DNA of 59,897 nucleotides, filler included, from Dugesia japonica (taxonomy: Eukaryota): assembly GCA_001938525.1 (NCBI GenBank). It is 4 parts of 4 records of this genome, joined end to end, with 100 filler letters (N's around TTAATTAATTAA, not from the genome) between each part and the next. Parts side by side here need not be neighbours in the genome. Positions count along the whole stretch, not along the records: positions 31,364 to 44,982 come from MQRL01638189.1; positions 45,083 to 59,897 come from MQRL01624537.1; 2 more parts are not named here. One strand, written 5' to 3'. This document shows positions 39,284-50,990 of this stretch, piece after piece. Both the position numbers and the translations under genes were made by a program. The notes under the pieces were generated by a model. That model was not told the origin of the DNA, did no database searches, and was given only the letters and a program-made list of their open reading frames with translations. The stretch's first letter is position 1. Each line of letters begins with the position of its first letter.

Positions 39284-39921
39284 CTGAGAGTTCAACATGT
39301 ACATTAACTAATAATTTTACATCTACTAATACACATTTAGGCTCATTGGCTGCATTTTCCAATCAAATCTTAGATGATGTTCTTTTCAATTGAATATGAA
39401 CATTGAGACTTGGAATAAGATATTTCGGCTGATCCAGGAAGTCGAGTTGCAATGAACCGCACAGAGACAATTGTTTTGATGTTTTAATAGACTTTTCTAC
39501 CTGCTTCTGATCCATATTCCATTGCTGTAAGACATATATTCTTACTATCACCATTATAAATTATTATAGTTTCAATTAATGCTTTGTGAAGATAAGATCC
39601 ATTCCTACCTTCAATTTTGAAATTATTAACCAAAAGAATTACATCCTTAAACAGTGTATGCACATATAGTTACTAGGAACCACATCATGCGTGTTAGTCA
39701 AATTTTTACCTGTCCTATCAACTTCCTTCACTTTAATATACAATAAAGTATCATTCAGACTCAAATATTCTGTTTTAGATCCATTTATAAGAAACGCTAC
39801 GTCGCTTTGTGATTCAGAAATTAAATTCATAGTAAAGGACATCTTTAAATGTATCACTTTCAATTACAGCTTGTAGAGATAGACGATAAAAAATACATAA
39901 TTCAGTTATACCACAAAGCAT
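39284..39921 (-). pseudogene. Polinton major capsid protein, N-terminal part
   Basis: MLCGITELCIF...QAVIE...FLINGSKTEYLSLNDTLLYIKVK...VVPSNY...LCGSLQLDFLDQPKYLIPSLNVHIQLKR; frameshifted. Confidence 0.9.
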
Positions 39922-40361
39922 TTTTTAAATATTGTTCTATGGCCTCTCATCCGTTTGTTTATGCGTGATGCATGTGATTTTTTACGCTTTTTATTAGTTG
40001 GCTGTGTTTTTGGTTGATTTCTTTTCATATTGCTTATTTTAGATGATATTTTATTTGTTATACTTTGCGGTAATATGTTTGCTACTTTTGGAATCATACT
40101 GTTAACTCCAATAGGTAACAAAGATACTTCATTTCCAAGTTCGGCTAATGTATTAGATTTTAATGTTGATAGTATTTTTCCATTATTTGCTAGTACATTC
40201 TGAGCTGTTATCAAATCAAAAGAACCAATTCGTATTAGAATAGGTTAAGTAAATCTATCTATTGTTTGAAACCAACCAGATCCATACTGTTTTCCAAGAA
40301 AGTAAGGTAATTATCCGCTTGCTTGACTAGTACTCTACAATAATACAATATCAGGATTCAT
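39906..40361 (-). pseudogene. Polinton small virion protein (QxGxG motifs, amphipathic helix, basic tail)
   Basis: MNPD...QASG*LPYFLGKQYGSGWFQTIDRFT*PILIRIGSFDLITAQNVL...KKRKKSHASRINKRMRGHR; lies between the minor and major capsid genes. Confidence 0.7.
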
Positions 40362-43162
40362 TATTAATTTTACTAAATCAGTTTTTGAGTCTTCAGCAAA
40401 ATTGAGTAGTTTTATAGTATTATCTTGTATATTAATTTTTATATTGTTTATATATGATGAAAAATAGGTAAATACATTGGATGATCAACAATTATTTGAA
40501 CTACCTCATCATTCTCCTGTTCTTCTATCTATACTGCTTTTAATAAAGGAACATTAACATCAACAACTAAAATAGGTTCAACAATACTACAATATATGAA
40601 CATTTCTTTATAACACGTTAGTATTCTAGGCTTCATGATACTTTTATATTGTAGATGTTCATCATCAATACGTATTCGAGTATATTGTGGATCTTTTAAT
40701 AATAATGATTTTGTTAAGATTTTATCGAATTTAATATTTTTAGTTTTAATTGATAATGTATATTCAAATAGTCCATCTTTATTTAATTTAAACGTTTGAA
40801 ATAACGTTGATAGGGTTTTCTTAAAATTTTCATTTAGCTGATTTAAATCCTCTTTATACAATTCGGTTTCAAATTGGAAATAATGTTCAGTTACAATTTT
40901 ATAATACTATTTAATATTTATTTTTTCAACGGAATCATTGTTTTTAAAGTCATGAAAACGAATCAAAAAAATTTGATGATCATCGAAATTTATACTATTA
41001 TACTTTCTCTTAACTTCCCTCTCTACCATATGTAAATTATACCAAGTTTTCAAATGTACTGTATTTTCACTATTTGAAGGCAGTACTAGAATAAAAGGCA
41101 GTAAAGAGTTTGATAATATTTGGAAATAGAAGGCAGTGCTCGAATAGAAGGCGGTATAGATTTTAATTAAGAATTTCAATAATTAACAGTATTCAAAAGA
41201 GCAAAATAATGTCAATGAGCCATCTTGAAAAAAGTTGAAAAGACAACATAATATATTTTATAGATTATTTTCCTAAAATCGATTGCCAATAAATTTTATA
41301 TACCTCATTATTTGAAAGTTTATATTACCAAACCGTTAATTAATGACCAGCAGAAGAAAATCATAAAGCATTTAGTATAAAAAAGAGATTGTCAACCAAC
41401 TCGAACATAAGTCGCTTTTTGGAGTGTCAAAAGAAAATAACATTCATATCAGACTAATTTCAAAATGGAAAAGTGAATTCGGGGAGGAACATTTGGGTTA
41501 TCAGTATATGACATGTAGAAAATCTGGAGCTGGCCGCAAGCCAATCATTGAAGAATTGAAGGACAATATCTTCGACATGATTGTAGACAAACGCTACCGT
41601 GGATTGATAGTGAGTCGCGGATATATCCAGGTGTTTGCACTTCAACTTGCGAAGACAGATGAAAGTGGGTTTAAGGCGAGTCCTCATTNNCTTTCTAACT
41701 TCATGAAGAGATTTCATTTGTCTTTGCGTGCACCAACAACCCTGTTTAAAATTCAAGATGATCAGATTGTTGCACGAGCCTTGTCTTACAAGAAGTTTAT
41801 TGAAGATACGAATTTAACAAACTACGGTAATTCTAATATTATATGCATGGATGAAACAGCAGTATATTATGGGGATATCAATCAAAGAACAGTTGACATG
41901 ACGGGAAAAAGTTCTATTTATATTGCGGCAACCAGGTAAGAGTCATTTAGAGTTACATGTATTTTGGAAATAAGGCGTGATGGTACAAAAGTTACACCGA
42001 TGATCATTTCTAAGGGAAAAAAGAATGGAACTTCAAGTATTAACAGTATCGATATTTTTGAAAGCGAGAAAAGCTGGGGAACTCAAGAAATTATCAAACA
42101 ATGGTTGGACAGAAATTTCAAATCAGGATTTTTTAACAACATAAAACATATTCTTGTTTGAGACTCCCCATCCACTCGACGTGCAAAGGGCATGAAAGAG
42201 AATTCGGACATTAAAAAGATATATTCTATTATAATACCATCTGGCCTTACGGCATATCTTCAAAGTCTTGGTTTGCTAATCAACCATCCATTCAAGATTT
42301 ATATTAGAGACGAAATTAATGATTTTATTGAACACCGTATGAAGATAAATGTAAGAGGAAATCCTATCAAGCCAAGTCTTGATGAAGTCATGACGTGGAT
42401 TAAAAATGCCTTGGATAAAATAACACCTGAAGTAGTTAACTATGAGTTTATTGCTTCATACATGCATCCGAGTGCATCTTAGAAGGATTCGGCAATAATG
42501 AAGCATGAAAAGTTCGGTCTTCTTGTTGATAGCCAAAATATGATACAAGTGATGACAGATGCCCTTTTTAAAGAAGAAGACGATGTATTGGTGATTGATG
42601 AATAAATTACATTATCATTAATAAAATTATAAATATTTGTTTTACATTTACAAAAACAAAATAATTATAAACATTCTTTCTAATTTTTATAGAAATTTAA
42701 TAGAAGGCAGTACCCAAATAAAAGGCGATGTAGTATTTTTATAAATTTTTGAAAAGCTGGAAATAGAAGGCAGTGTTTTTCAATAAAGAAAACACGGTAT
42801 CAAATGATAAAACTGTGAAATTTAATATCACAACTAAAGTTGATCTTTTTTTCTTGAATGTTATACCTGTTTCTAAATTATTTTAAATTTATCGTGAGAA
42901 TTAACAGTTAAAAGCCCTTTTTTCTTTTTATTAACATCAAGTATTAGTTCCTTCTCAATTGGTTTAAATAATTCATATTCAATCCTAGATTGACGGTAAA
43001 TTGGCATGGTTGAATATAAAAAGCTGAAATCCATCAACTTTCCAACTACCATCTTGTAAATTGGATTTTGAAGCTCAACAATGTAATTACTAGTAGTATT
43101 ATTTGGATGAACTAAAAGGCTACTATTACTAGGTAAAGTGTATAGAAATTATTGGATTACAT
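40362..43162 (-). pseudogene. Polinton minor capsid (penton) gene interrupted by a pogo-like transposon
   Basis: N-terminus FY-TLPSNSSLLVHPNNTTSNYIVELQNPI..DGSWKV (from 43162); C-terminus MFIYCSIVEPILVVDVNVPLLKAV...MYLPI...IKINIQD. Confidence 0.9.
41059..42797 (+). mobile_element. pogo/Tc2-like DNA transposon, 1739 bp, decayed transposase ~41343-42606
   Basis: TA on both sides (41057-58, 42798-99); imperfect TIRs CTGTATTTTC / GAAAACACGG; subterminal AATAGAAGGCAGT repeats; CENP-B HTH (FKASPHxLSNFMKRF) and DDE_1 motifs (ICMDET, LV*DS, GLTAYLQSL). Confidence 0.92.
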
Positions 43163-43164
43163 CT

Positions 43165-43554
43165 TATTTTTCGTCTTGATTGACTATTTGCGATGCTAAT
43201 ATCCAACTTGGTTTTCGTGCCCATGTCATATTACATAGTATTGTTTATTCTTTCTAGTTCCCATTGATTTAACCGGAACAGCTTTTACCAATCTACTGAA
43301 TACAACCATACATTTCAAAATATACTTGTAACTGTTATTAATTCTTGAATATGAAATCATCTCCATTATTTCCATTTGCCATAATTCATAAATACCATAT
43401 ACTTTATATACTCTTATTAGAAATCTTTTCAACATAGGTTTGTCAGATTCTCTTTTCTTTTCGATTTTTGAGCTGTTTTCATCAATTTTTCAATGCATCA
43501 AAAGCCTGCTAGGCTTTTTGGATCCGTTTATATTGTTTTTATTTTTGTCTCCAT
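43165..43554 (-). pseudogene. Polinton RVE integrase with C-terminal chromodomain, catalytic core largely deleted
   Basis: METKIKTI*TDPKSLAGF...RVYKVYGIYELWQMEIMEMISYSRINNSYKYILKCMVVFSR..AVPVKS is joined directly to QYYVI*HGHE..SWILASQI. Confidence 0.85.
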
Positions 43555-43770
43555 TACAACAATTCGATGCGAATTCCATGTCAAAATTAGATATTGATTG
43601 CATTGGATGCATTCAAATCTACATTACCACGAACAATATTTATAATATTCTCAAGTAAATCATTTATAAAATATGGCGGGAATGATTATAAAATTCTCAT
43701 TCTCAAAGATTTTGATGATTTAATCAATGTAGTAAAAAACGGAATACTTCTTTGTAATTTCATATTAATT
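43555..43770 (-). pseudogene. Conserved small Polinton protein (PW-like, tentative)
   Basis: MKLQRSIPFFTTLIKSSKSLRMRIL*SFPPYFINDLLENYINIVRGNVDL resembles the L..L......R..IL......I....E...N...GNV.L pattern of Polinton small ORFs. Confidence 0.55.
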
Positions 43771-44033
43771 AAATTATACATACCATTTATTTGTTTATAA
43801 TGATATTTATTCATCATTCTCAGTTTCTTTTTGCTAGTTTTTTTAATGATATTTAATTGCTACCTTTTATTTACCCGCGGCTTCTTATTTAGACGATGTT
43901 TCGTATGCGATTGCTTTCTATTTTTTGATATGTTTTCTTCGTTAAAGATATTATTTACCATTTAACAAGACCAATAGTTACTTGATCAACTACAAATTTC
44001 TTTAATTTGGCCATTTTTATAATATTAAGAAGA

Positions 44034-44666
44034 TTACCTATTTTGTTTATATACTGTGATACCGTTTGGATTGAATATATCTGTTCTCACTCTATAGTCA
44101 TCTTGAAATTGTTATGTACAGTCAAGAAATACATATCCATGAGGTATTTCTGTTGCATCTTGAAATGATTCAATCAGGAATTGTCTGTTATTAGGATATG
44201 CTTGTCTTGCTAGAAAATCAACCACAGTTTGATCTCTAGAATTTTTGAATAGAATCAAGATTTGCAAATTTAAATTGTGTGTTCTATGACTACCTTCTTG
44301 ATGAAATAGATTTTGAGTAATAAATATCACAGTCACATTACGATGTCTCGATATCCATTGTAAATAAATTATTGAAATTTCTTTCTTTATTTGCCTCCTG
44401 ATACAGATCAACAATAACATAACCTGGTCTCAATCTTTTGTTCCAATTTTTATCAAACCCACTTATAAATTTCATTTTAATACTACAAAATTCAGATTCA
44501 GTGAGACCATTCTCTTCATCTGCGCCTCTATACCAGTATATGTTTTTAAATTTCGACATGAATAAATTTGATTTCAATAATTTATATACAAAGTTTTTTC
44601 ATTATCACTAGACCCAATAATTTGATAGACTGCATCATTTCTTAATTTCTTTTTAGAATTTTTCAT
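44034..44666 (-). pseudogene. Polinton A32/FtsK-like DNA packaging ATPase
   Basis: Decayed Walker A IIGSSDNEKT and Walker B YVIVDLY, then SRHRNVTVIFITQNLF, LILFKNSRD, PHGYVFLD and YRVRTDIF. Confidence 0.92.
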
Positions 44667-44917
44667 AATTTATTACATTGTTTATATTTTTTTTATCGGA
44701 TCAATTAAATTAATTCCGTCAAAATCCAAATGTTCCTCATTAATTATGATAACTAATATTAATTTCAAAGGTGAAATGTTGCAAGAAAATGAGCTTTTCA
44801 ATATGTTAACACTGTCAATTCAAAGGTAAATGTGACATGTATATGATTACTATACTATTTTGAATGTCCAAAATCTAGGATGGTTGACATATTATTAAAT
44901 AATTATACAATCATATC

Positions 44918-44920
<3 letters not shown>

Positions 44921-44982
<62 letters not shown>
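44921..44982. repeat. (AAT)n microsatellite at scaffold end
   Basis: Seen directly. Confidence 0.98.
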
Positions 44983-45082
44983 NNNNNNNNNNNNNNNNNN
45001 NNNNNNNNNNNNNNNNNNNNNNNNNNTTAATTAATTAANNNNNNNNNNNNNNNNNNNNNNNNNNNNNNNNNNNNNNNNNNNN
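44983..45082. other. Artificial scaffold linker
   Basis: 44 N + TTAATTAATTAA (45027-45038) + 44 N. Confidence 0.95.
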
Positions 45083-45349
45083 ACTTCATACATTAAATTT
45101 ATCCAATACAATCTTTTAAACCGCATCTTAATACCTAAAATTATCACAATTTACATGTCATTTTATTAAGGTAAACACAACAAATCTATTTATTTACATA
45201 TAAATTTCATTAATTTATACTAATTACAATAAATTACTAGCAAACCTGATAATTTCATTAATCAATTTCAGTAATTATTGTATTCATTTCATCAAAATAC
45301 ATTAAATTTAAAATTTAAAATTTAAAAATTTACTTCATAAAGAGTAAAC

Positions 45350-47337
45350 TAATTGAGTCTTATACACAGTATACCATTGGATATTATACACACAATAAAC
45401 CACATAGATTCATAAAATAAACACAAAAGTTCTGGTGATAGATGCATTAAGATATCTAAAGTCATATAATACACACAACTAATCCAATATAGTGATATAA
45501 TACACACACATAATATACTCTATATATTCATATAATCCAAACAATATATCTTATAATTCACACAATACATGAAATAATGTCATACAATACATATATATAA
45601 CCCAATCAAATCATTTAAATACACACACAATATACCATATAGTCATATAATACGTACAAATCACTCTATATAGTCATATAATACACATATACAACACAAT
45701 AAATTCTTTTAAATACACAGAATAAACCTATAATCTTTATAATGAATTCAACATGGCCATATAATATACAAACAAATATCCTAATAAAGTCACTTAAATA
45801 CATAAATAACCTAATAGTATCTTATGCATAGAAAACAAATTGGTATTACATATTAAATAGAGCCATATAAAATACATAAGAAACCTAATTAAACCATATA
45901 ATAAATCATATACAGTCGCTAAATACTTACAATAAACCTAATAATGACATTATATACACACAAATAACTCAATTGAACTAGTTAAAANNNNNNNNNNNNN
46001 NNNNNNNNNNNNNNNNNNNNNNNNNNNNNNNNNNNNNNNNNNNNNNNNNNNNNNNNNNNNNNNNNNNNNNNNNNNNNNNNNNNNNNNNNNNNNNNNNNNN
46101 NNNNNNNNNNNNNNNNNNNNNNNNNNNNNNNNNNNNNNNNNNNNNNNNNNNNNNNNNNNNNNNNNNNNNNNNNNNNNNNNNNNNNNNNNNNNNNNNNNNN
46201 NNNACAAAGGATTGATATAAACAACTGATTAGTAATGCATTTGTATAATATTATAGACGATATTATTGAACATATAAATTCATCGGTTCATGGTAATAAT
46301 AATAATAATAACTAATATTAATCTAAATAATTATTTAATAGTAGATGATTTTCTAGAAAATGATGTAGAGATAGACGAAAACCATTTGATATTGATGAAA
46401 TAGATGCAACATTAAAGAGAGAGATTAACGATACTACAACTAAATGATGATATTATTATCGAGAAATTGATTGATGTACAGCCAAATTATGTCAATATTG
46501 ATGATGAAATAATTGATATGGTTCCACATGATGATATTTCTGATGAAGTTATACCTGATACAAATACAAATAAGTATATGATTCGTGAGGAAATAAATGA
46601 TTGATAAAGAAATATTGATAGAATTATAAATGGAAAAAAAAGATTTATGTTATTGAAAATTTTTTTTATTATTTTCTTTTGTGTGTTATCTTTTGTGTGT
46701 TAGATATTTCAATTGTAATAATTAGATGAAAGTTAAAATATTGCCAAAATTAAATAGAAATCATTACAATTTTTAATAATAAATTACAAAGAAGTCTACA
46801 AATATTTTCAAAAATTGCATAGAAAAAATAAATATATTTGTTCAAATTTGTATTTTTAGAGTCTAAAATGTATCGAAANNATAAACTTTAATTTAATTAT
46901 AACATATGTAATAAAAATAATTAAATTATCAAACGCGAGTTTATTTTGAAATGCAAAAAGAATATAGAAATGCATTTGGTAAGCAGTTTAAACAAAGACA
47001 TGTTGGATGTGATACTGGATAATATTTTTAAATATTTTTAATAAATTTATCAGGGGGGGTGGTCTTTGTTCTGACTTAGAAAAGTTTTCGAAAAAAGTTT
47101 TACTCATCCAATGAGTCATTGTCTTTGTTCTACATAACCGATGTAGAATGAGTTTCAAATGAGTTCAAACGAGCGATGACTCATCAGCATGACTAATTTT
47201 TTTGTTACAAAAATGATGAGTCATACAAATTTTTCATAATCATTATTTAATTTAATTTAGCTACTTACTATTTGTAAGTAGTTAATAAGCGACTAATATT
47301 TCTTAGTGATTTTGTGCGCTTCTATCTACCTACTACT
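45350..47337 (+). mobile_element. Second copy of the repeat-rich arm with acidic ORF relic, ending in ACTACT
   Basis: Homologous to 32900-34889; ACTACT at 47332-47337. Confidence 0.55.
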
Positions 47338-47899
47338 TATATAAATAAACATCAAACACTAGTATCGGGAATTACTGCCAACACACAATTAATATTTTTG
47401 AAATGTTTTAGTGAAATGTTGTCTACAAGCAATGGATCATTTTGCGTGATTAGATTATAAGTAGTATTTGGAGGTAATATGAAAATATTTGAATTGTTAT
47501 TATATCAACTTTGGACAAGGTTAAATACGCATCGCTTTTATTATTCAATTCATTATTATTTAATTTCAATTTAAATCGCTTGGAATTCACAATTGCTTTT
47601 TAAATTTTTTAACAGTGGGCAGTTAAGATCAAGGAGTTCCGGCACCATTTTTGCCTTCTTTCTTTTCCTGTATGTGACACTTTTCAATCTGTGAACTTTC
47701 TTCTTAATGTCTTTGATGAATCCATCGGGAATCGAGTCCTATTCTTTAGTTATGTACACAGCATAGTTGCAAGTAAAAGGTCCCAATCATAAAAATGCTT
47801 TTGGTTAATGATATATTTATGAGGATTATGACCAAGGTAATATTAATTTTAAAGATTTTATTATGTGTGGTGTTTAATTTAAGTGCGAGTATTTGTCAA

Positions 47900-50230
47900 T
47901 TTTTTGAGGTTTTGCGAGTATAAAGATTTTAGATGAAATTTCAACAATCTTTGTAACTAATGGTGTAAGGAGCAAAATTATAAAAGAATCTTTTCTTTTT
48001 AACCAGAACTTACTGATATGCATAGAAAAGAATTACTCAATAATTTGGATAAATTAATACCGACATATTNTGTTAATGGGGTACAAACAGCTGTGTAGAT
48101 ACAATAAAGAAAGATGATTATCAGTCAACGTTTTCAAAATGTCATCCACGATTGAATGCTTAAAACGATCCAAGTACTAGAAATCGACCAGTTTTTTTCA
48201 AAGAGAACCAGTATTGTGCAAATGAAATTTAGACCCAAAGATGGGCCAAATCAAAAGTTTTACTCGATACTCGATGAAGTCTTTTGCCAATAAGCTTTAT
48301 TGCAAAGCCAAAGAAAAGAATCCTCCTAGAGAAAAGTTTAGGCATATCTCCAGAAGCATGTTTCTGCTGTAGAGATACAAGACATAAAAGAATGAATTGT
48401 CCGTTACAAGACAAATATGTGGATAGAAAGATCTTAATTTTTGAGATTGTCCAATTATTCGAATAAGGAATTTTACATATCCGAAGATTTTGTGTATAGC
48501 AGAAAAAGATATCCTATAGTGGTGAAAAAATTGAATACATATACGATGTTCCTTCAATAGATGATGATGCAAAAAAACTATCAGAAACCCGTTGCATCCA
48601 TTTCCTCAGTGAGGTTGCAATAACATAGAAAATACTCCTAGATAAAAATTTGATGTTTGATGATAAGATGTTTTAGTAGAGATATGAAAGAGAATAGAGT
48701 TTAATACTTTGTAATGGATATAATAATTAGATGTTATGGGATTCAGAAGCAGCAATATCAGGGCAGAGGTTTGGAGGAGAAATAGATCACCTTAATTATT
48801 ACCGTCACACAATGTTCTAGAAGGAGATTTTTCTGTAAAAGAAGAAAAATGAAGGGTGAAAATTAAACTGAAATTACGATGGAATGGGAATTTAGAGTGA
48901 ATGAAATAATAACTGTTAGAATATTTTGTCTCATATTTATTGGATGTGTTGATATGAAGAATCTATTTGAAATGAAAATAACTTAAGTTGATTTTATTAA
49001 CTCAAATGATAAAAATGCATTTGATTATAATCCAGAAGGAGTGAAAAATGGCTTTAATACTTCAAGTAATATCAATTATGAAGTAAAAGAAATAATAGAA
49101 ACTTACAAAGATATATTTATGACATTAAGATTTGATCTTGGATATACGAAACTAATGCAACATCACATTGAAACGACAGAACTTCCAATAGTGATAAACC
49201 CAAGAAGACACATAATGCACTTGGAAAATAAAATAGATGAATTTTTAGTAAATCTTAGAAAATCAAATCTTATAACAAGTTGCAGAAGTCCATAGAATTC
49301 CCCAATGGCCATGAATTTAGAAAATTGAATTCAATTACAGAAAGTATTTGTTTCCAGTTACAGATATTCAAATATTATTAGATACACTTAAAGGATCAGT
49401 TATATTTTCTTCTTTAGATTTGAGGCAAGCATATTATCAAATTGAACTCAACTAAGAATCAAAACTGAAGACGGCCTTTAGTATAAAGATACGTCAAGTT
49501 TGTTTTAATCAAACGCCCTTTGGATTATGTACTTCACCAGCAACATTTCAAGGCTTGATCCATAAAATATTTTAAAGAATGTTGTACAAAGGATTATTAG
49601 TATATCTGGATGATATTTTAATATATGGTAAAACTAAAACAAACGAGTTTGTAAAGTTTTCAGCTACCAAATAATGCAGGCTTTAAAATGAATCCCAGTA
49701 AACTTTTATGACATAGAAATAGCGCTAAAGATTTGGAGTCAAATTACGAAACCATCAAATAAAATTGAGAGGCCGTAACGCCAGAAAACGCCATGCAAAT
49801 ACGAATGTTCTTAGAATTAACAAATTATTAAAGGCGTTTCATAAAAGATTATGCTTTATTGGCAGCACCATTGTAAGTAGTGACAACTGGACAAGAAGAA
49901 AGAAAACATTGTAAAGATAAAATTGTGCAGTGCACCGATTTTGACTTTCTCAAATAATATGGGCGAAATGATTTGAATACTAATGCTAGTTTTGGAACAG
50001 GTGAAGGGGCTTTGAGTCAAATAGCGGAATATGGATTGAAACAGATCATATCACATTGTTCTCAAATTTTAAAAAATCACAAAGAAGGATATTGTGCTAC
50101 TTGCAAGGAATTGTTAGCTCTGCGTGCGTTTATGAAGTATTTTAAACACTATTTGTATGGCAAGAAATTTAGAAAAAGAACGGATCATAAAGCATTGACT
50201 TTTATGTTATTTGGAATTACAATTAATTTA
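47900..50230 (+). mobile_element. Heavily decayed Ty3/Gypsy gag-pol
   Basis: CFCCRDTRHKRMNC knuckle, LWDSEAAIS (protease), QHHIET...SP*NSP, FSSLDL..AYYQ, YLDDILIY, KELLAL...FKHYLYGKKF..RTDHKAL. Confidence 0.9.
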
Positions 50231-50619
50231 TGATTTCATACTTTTGCAGAGATTTGAATTACAATCAAATATACATTTGCAATTGTTAGATGAGTTTGGA
50301 GTAATCAGTGAAGAATTGAATTCACAACTTGATTCAATAAAAGATATTCATAATACAGAAACAAATAACCATCATTATTTGTTTATTCAAACAAATTAAA
50401 ACTTAAGTTAGAAATTTTTAGCTTAATTTAAAATTAAAAATTAAATTTTTCAGCTTAAACACTTTTAACTTTTTACAATAAATAGTCATTTTATTATTTA
50501 CAATTTTAATTTAAAATATTTTTGACATAATTCAATAAATAGTCATTAAAATATTTCCAACCAAAGCACAAAAATTTCAATCCACTTTTCAAAACATACT
50601 CACATATTCCTGTAAAAGC

Positions 50620-50990
50620 AATTTTTGATATTTTCTACGTTTCTTTCAAGACTTTTAAATTTTATCTTTCAGGATGTATCGTCTTTTGTGAACCTTTCCA
50701 TTGATCTTATAGAATCCTTAAAATCAATTTTGGTTTTTCTTTCAAATTTTTTCAAAACCCAATCACAATCTTAAATTGTCTCTTGGTAGGTATCTATTTA
50801 TCTTGCTGCTTGCGAATTTTTTGAATATCTATTTCCTCCCATTTTTTTCGGCTTACTACCTTCCCAAATAGGATTTCAGCAGGGTTTTTCCCAGTGGTCT
50901 TCTGTTTTGTAACATCCAAAGTAAATTCTATTTCAGGAAATACATCCACNNNNNNNNNNNNNNTCCTTTCTTTTAGTGTCATATTTATTA
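50620..50990 (-). mobile_element. LTR-retrotransposon integrase C-terminal fragment
   Basis: FPEIEFTLDVTKQKTTGKNPAEILFGK. Confidence 0.7.

Larger units (their letters stand above)
35170..44900 (-). mobile_element. Decayed Polinton/Maverick (adintovirus-like) endogenous virus, structural module
   Basis: Colinear ATPase, small ORF, integrase, minor capsid, virion protein and major capsid, with abutting or overlapping start/stop codons. No PolB is present in the window. Confidence 0.93.

Noticed and set aside
41050-41110. FILVLPSNSENT in ORF 40907-41179 looks like a penton N-terminus
   Set aside because: It is the antisense reading of the pogo left end. The real TLPSNSS start is at ~43120-43162.
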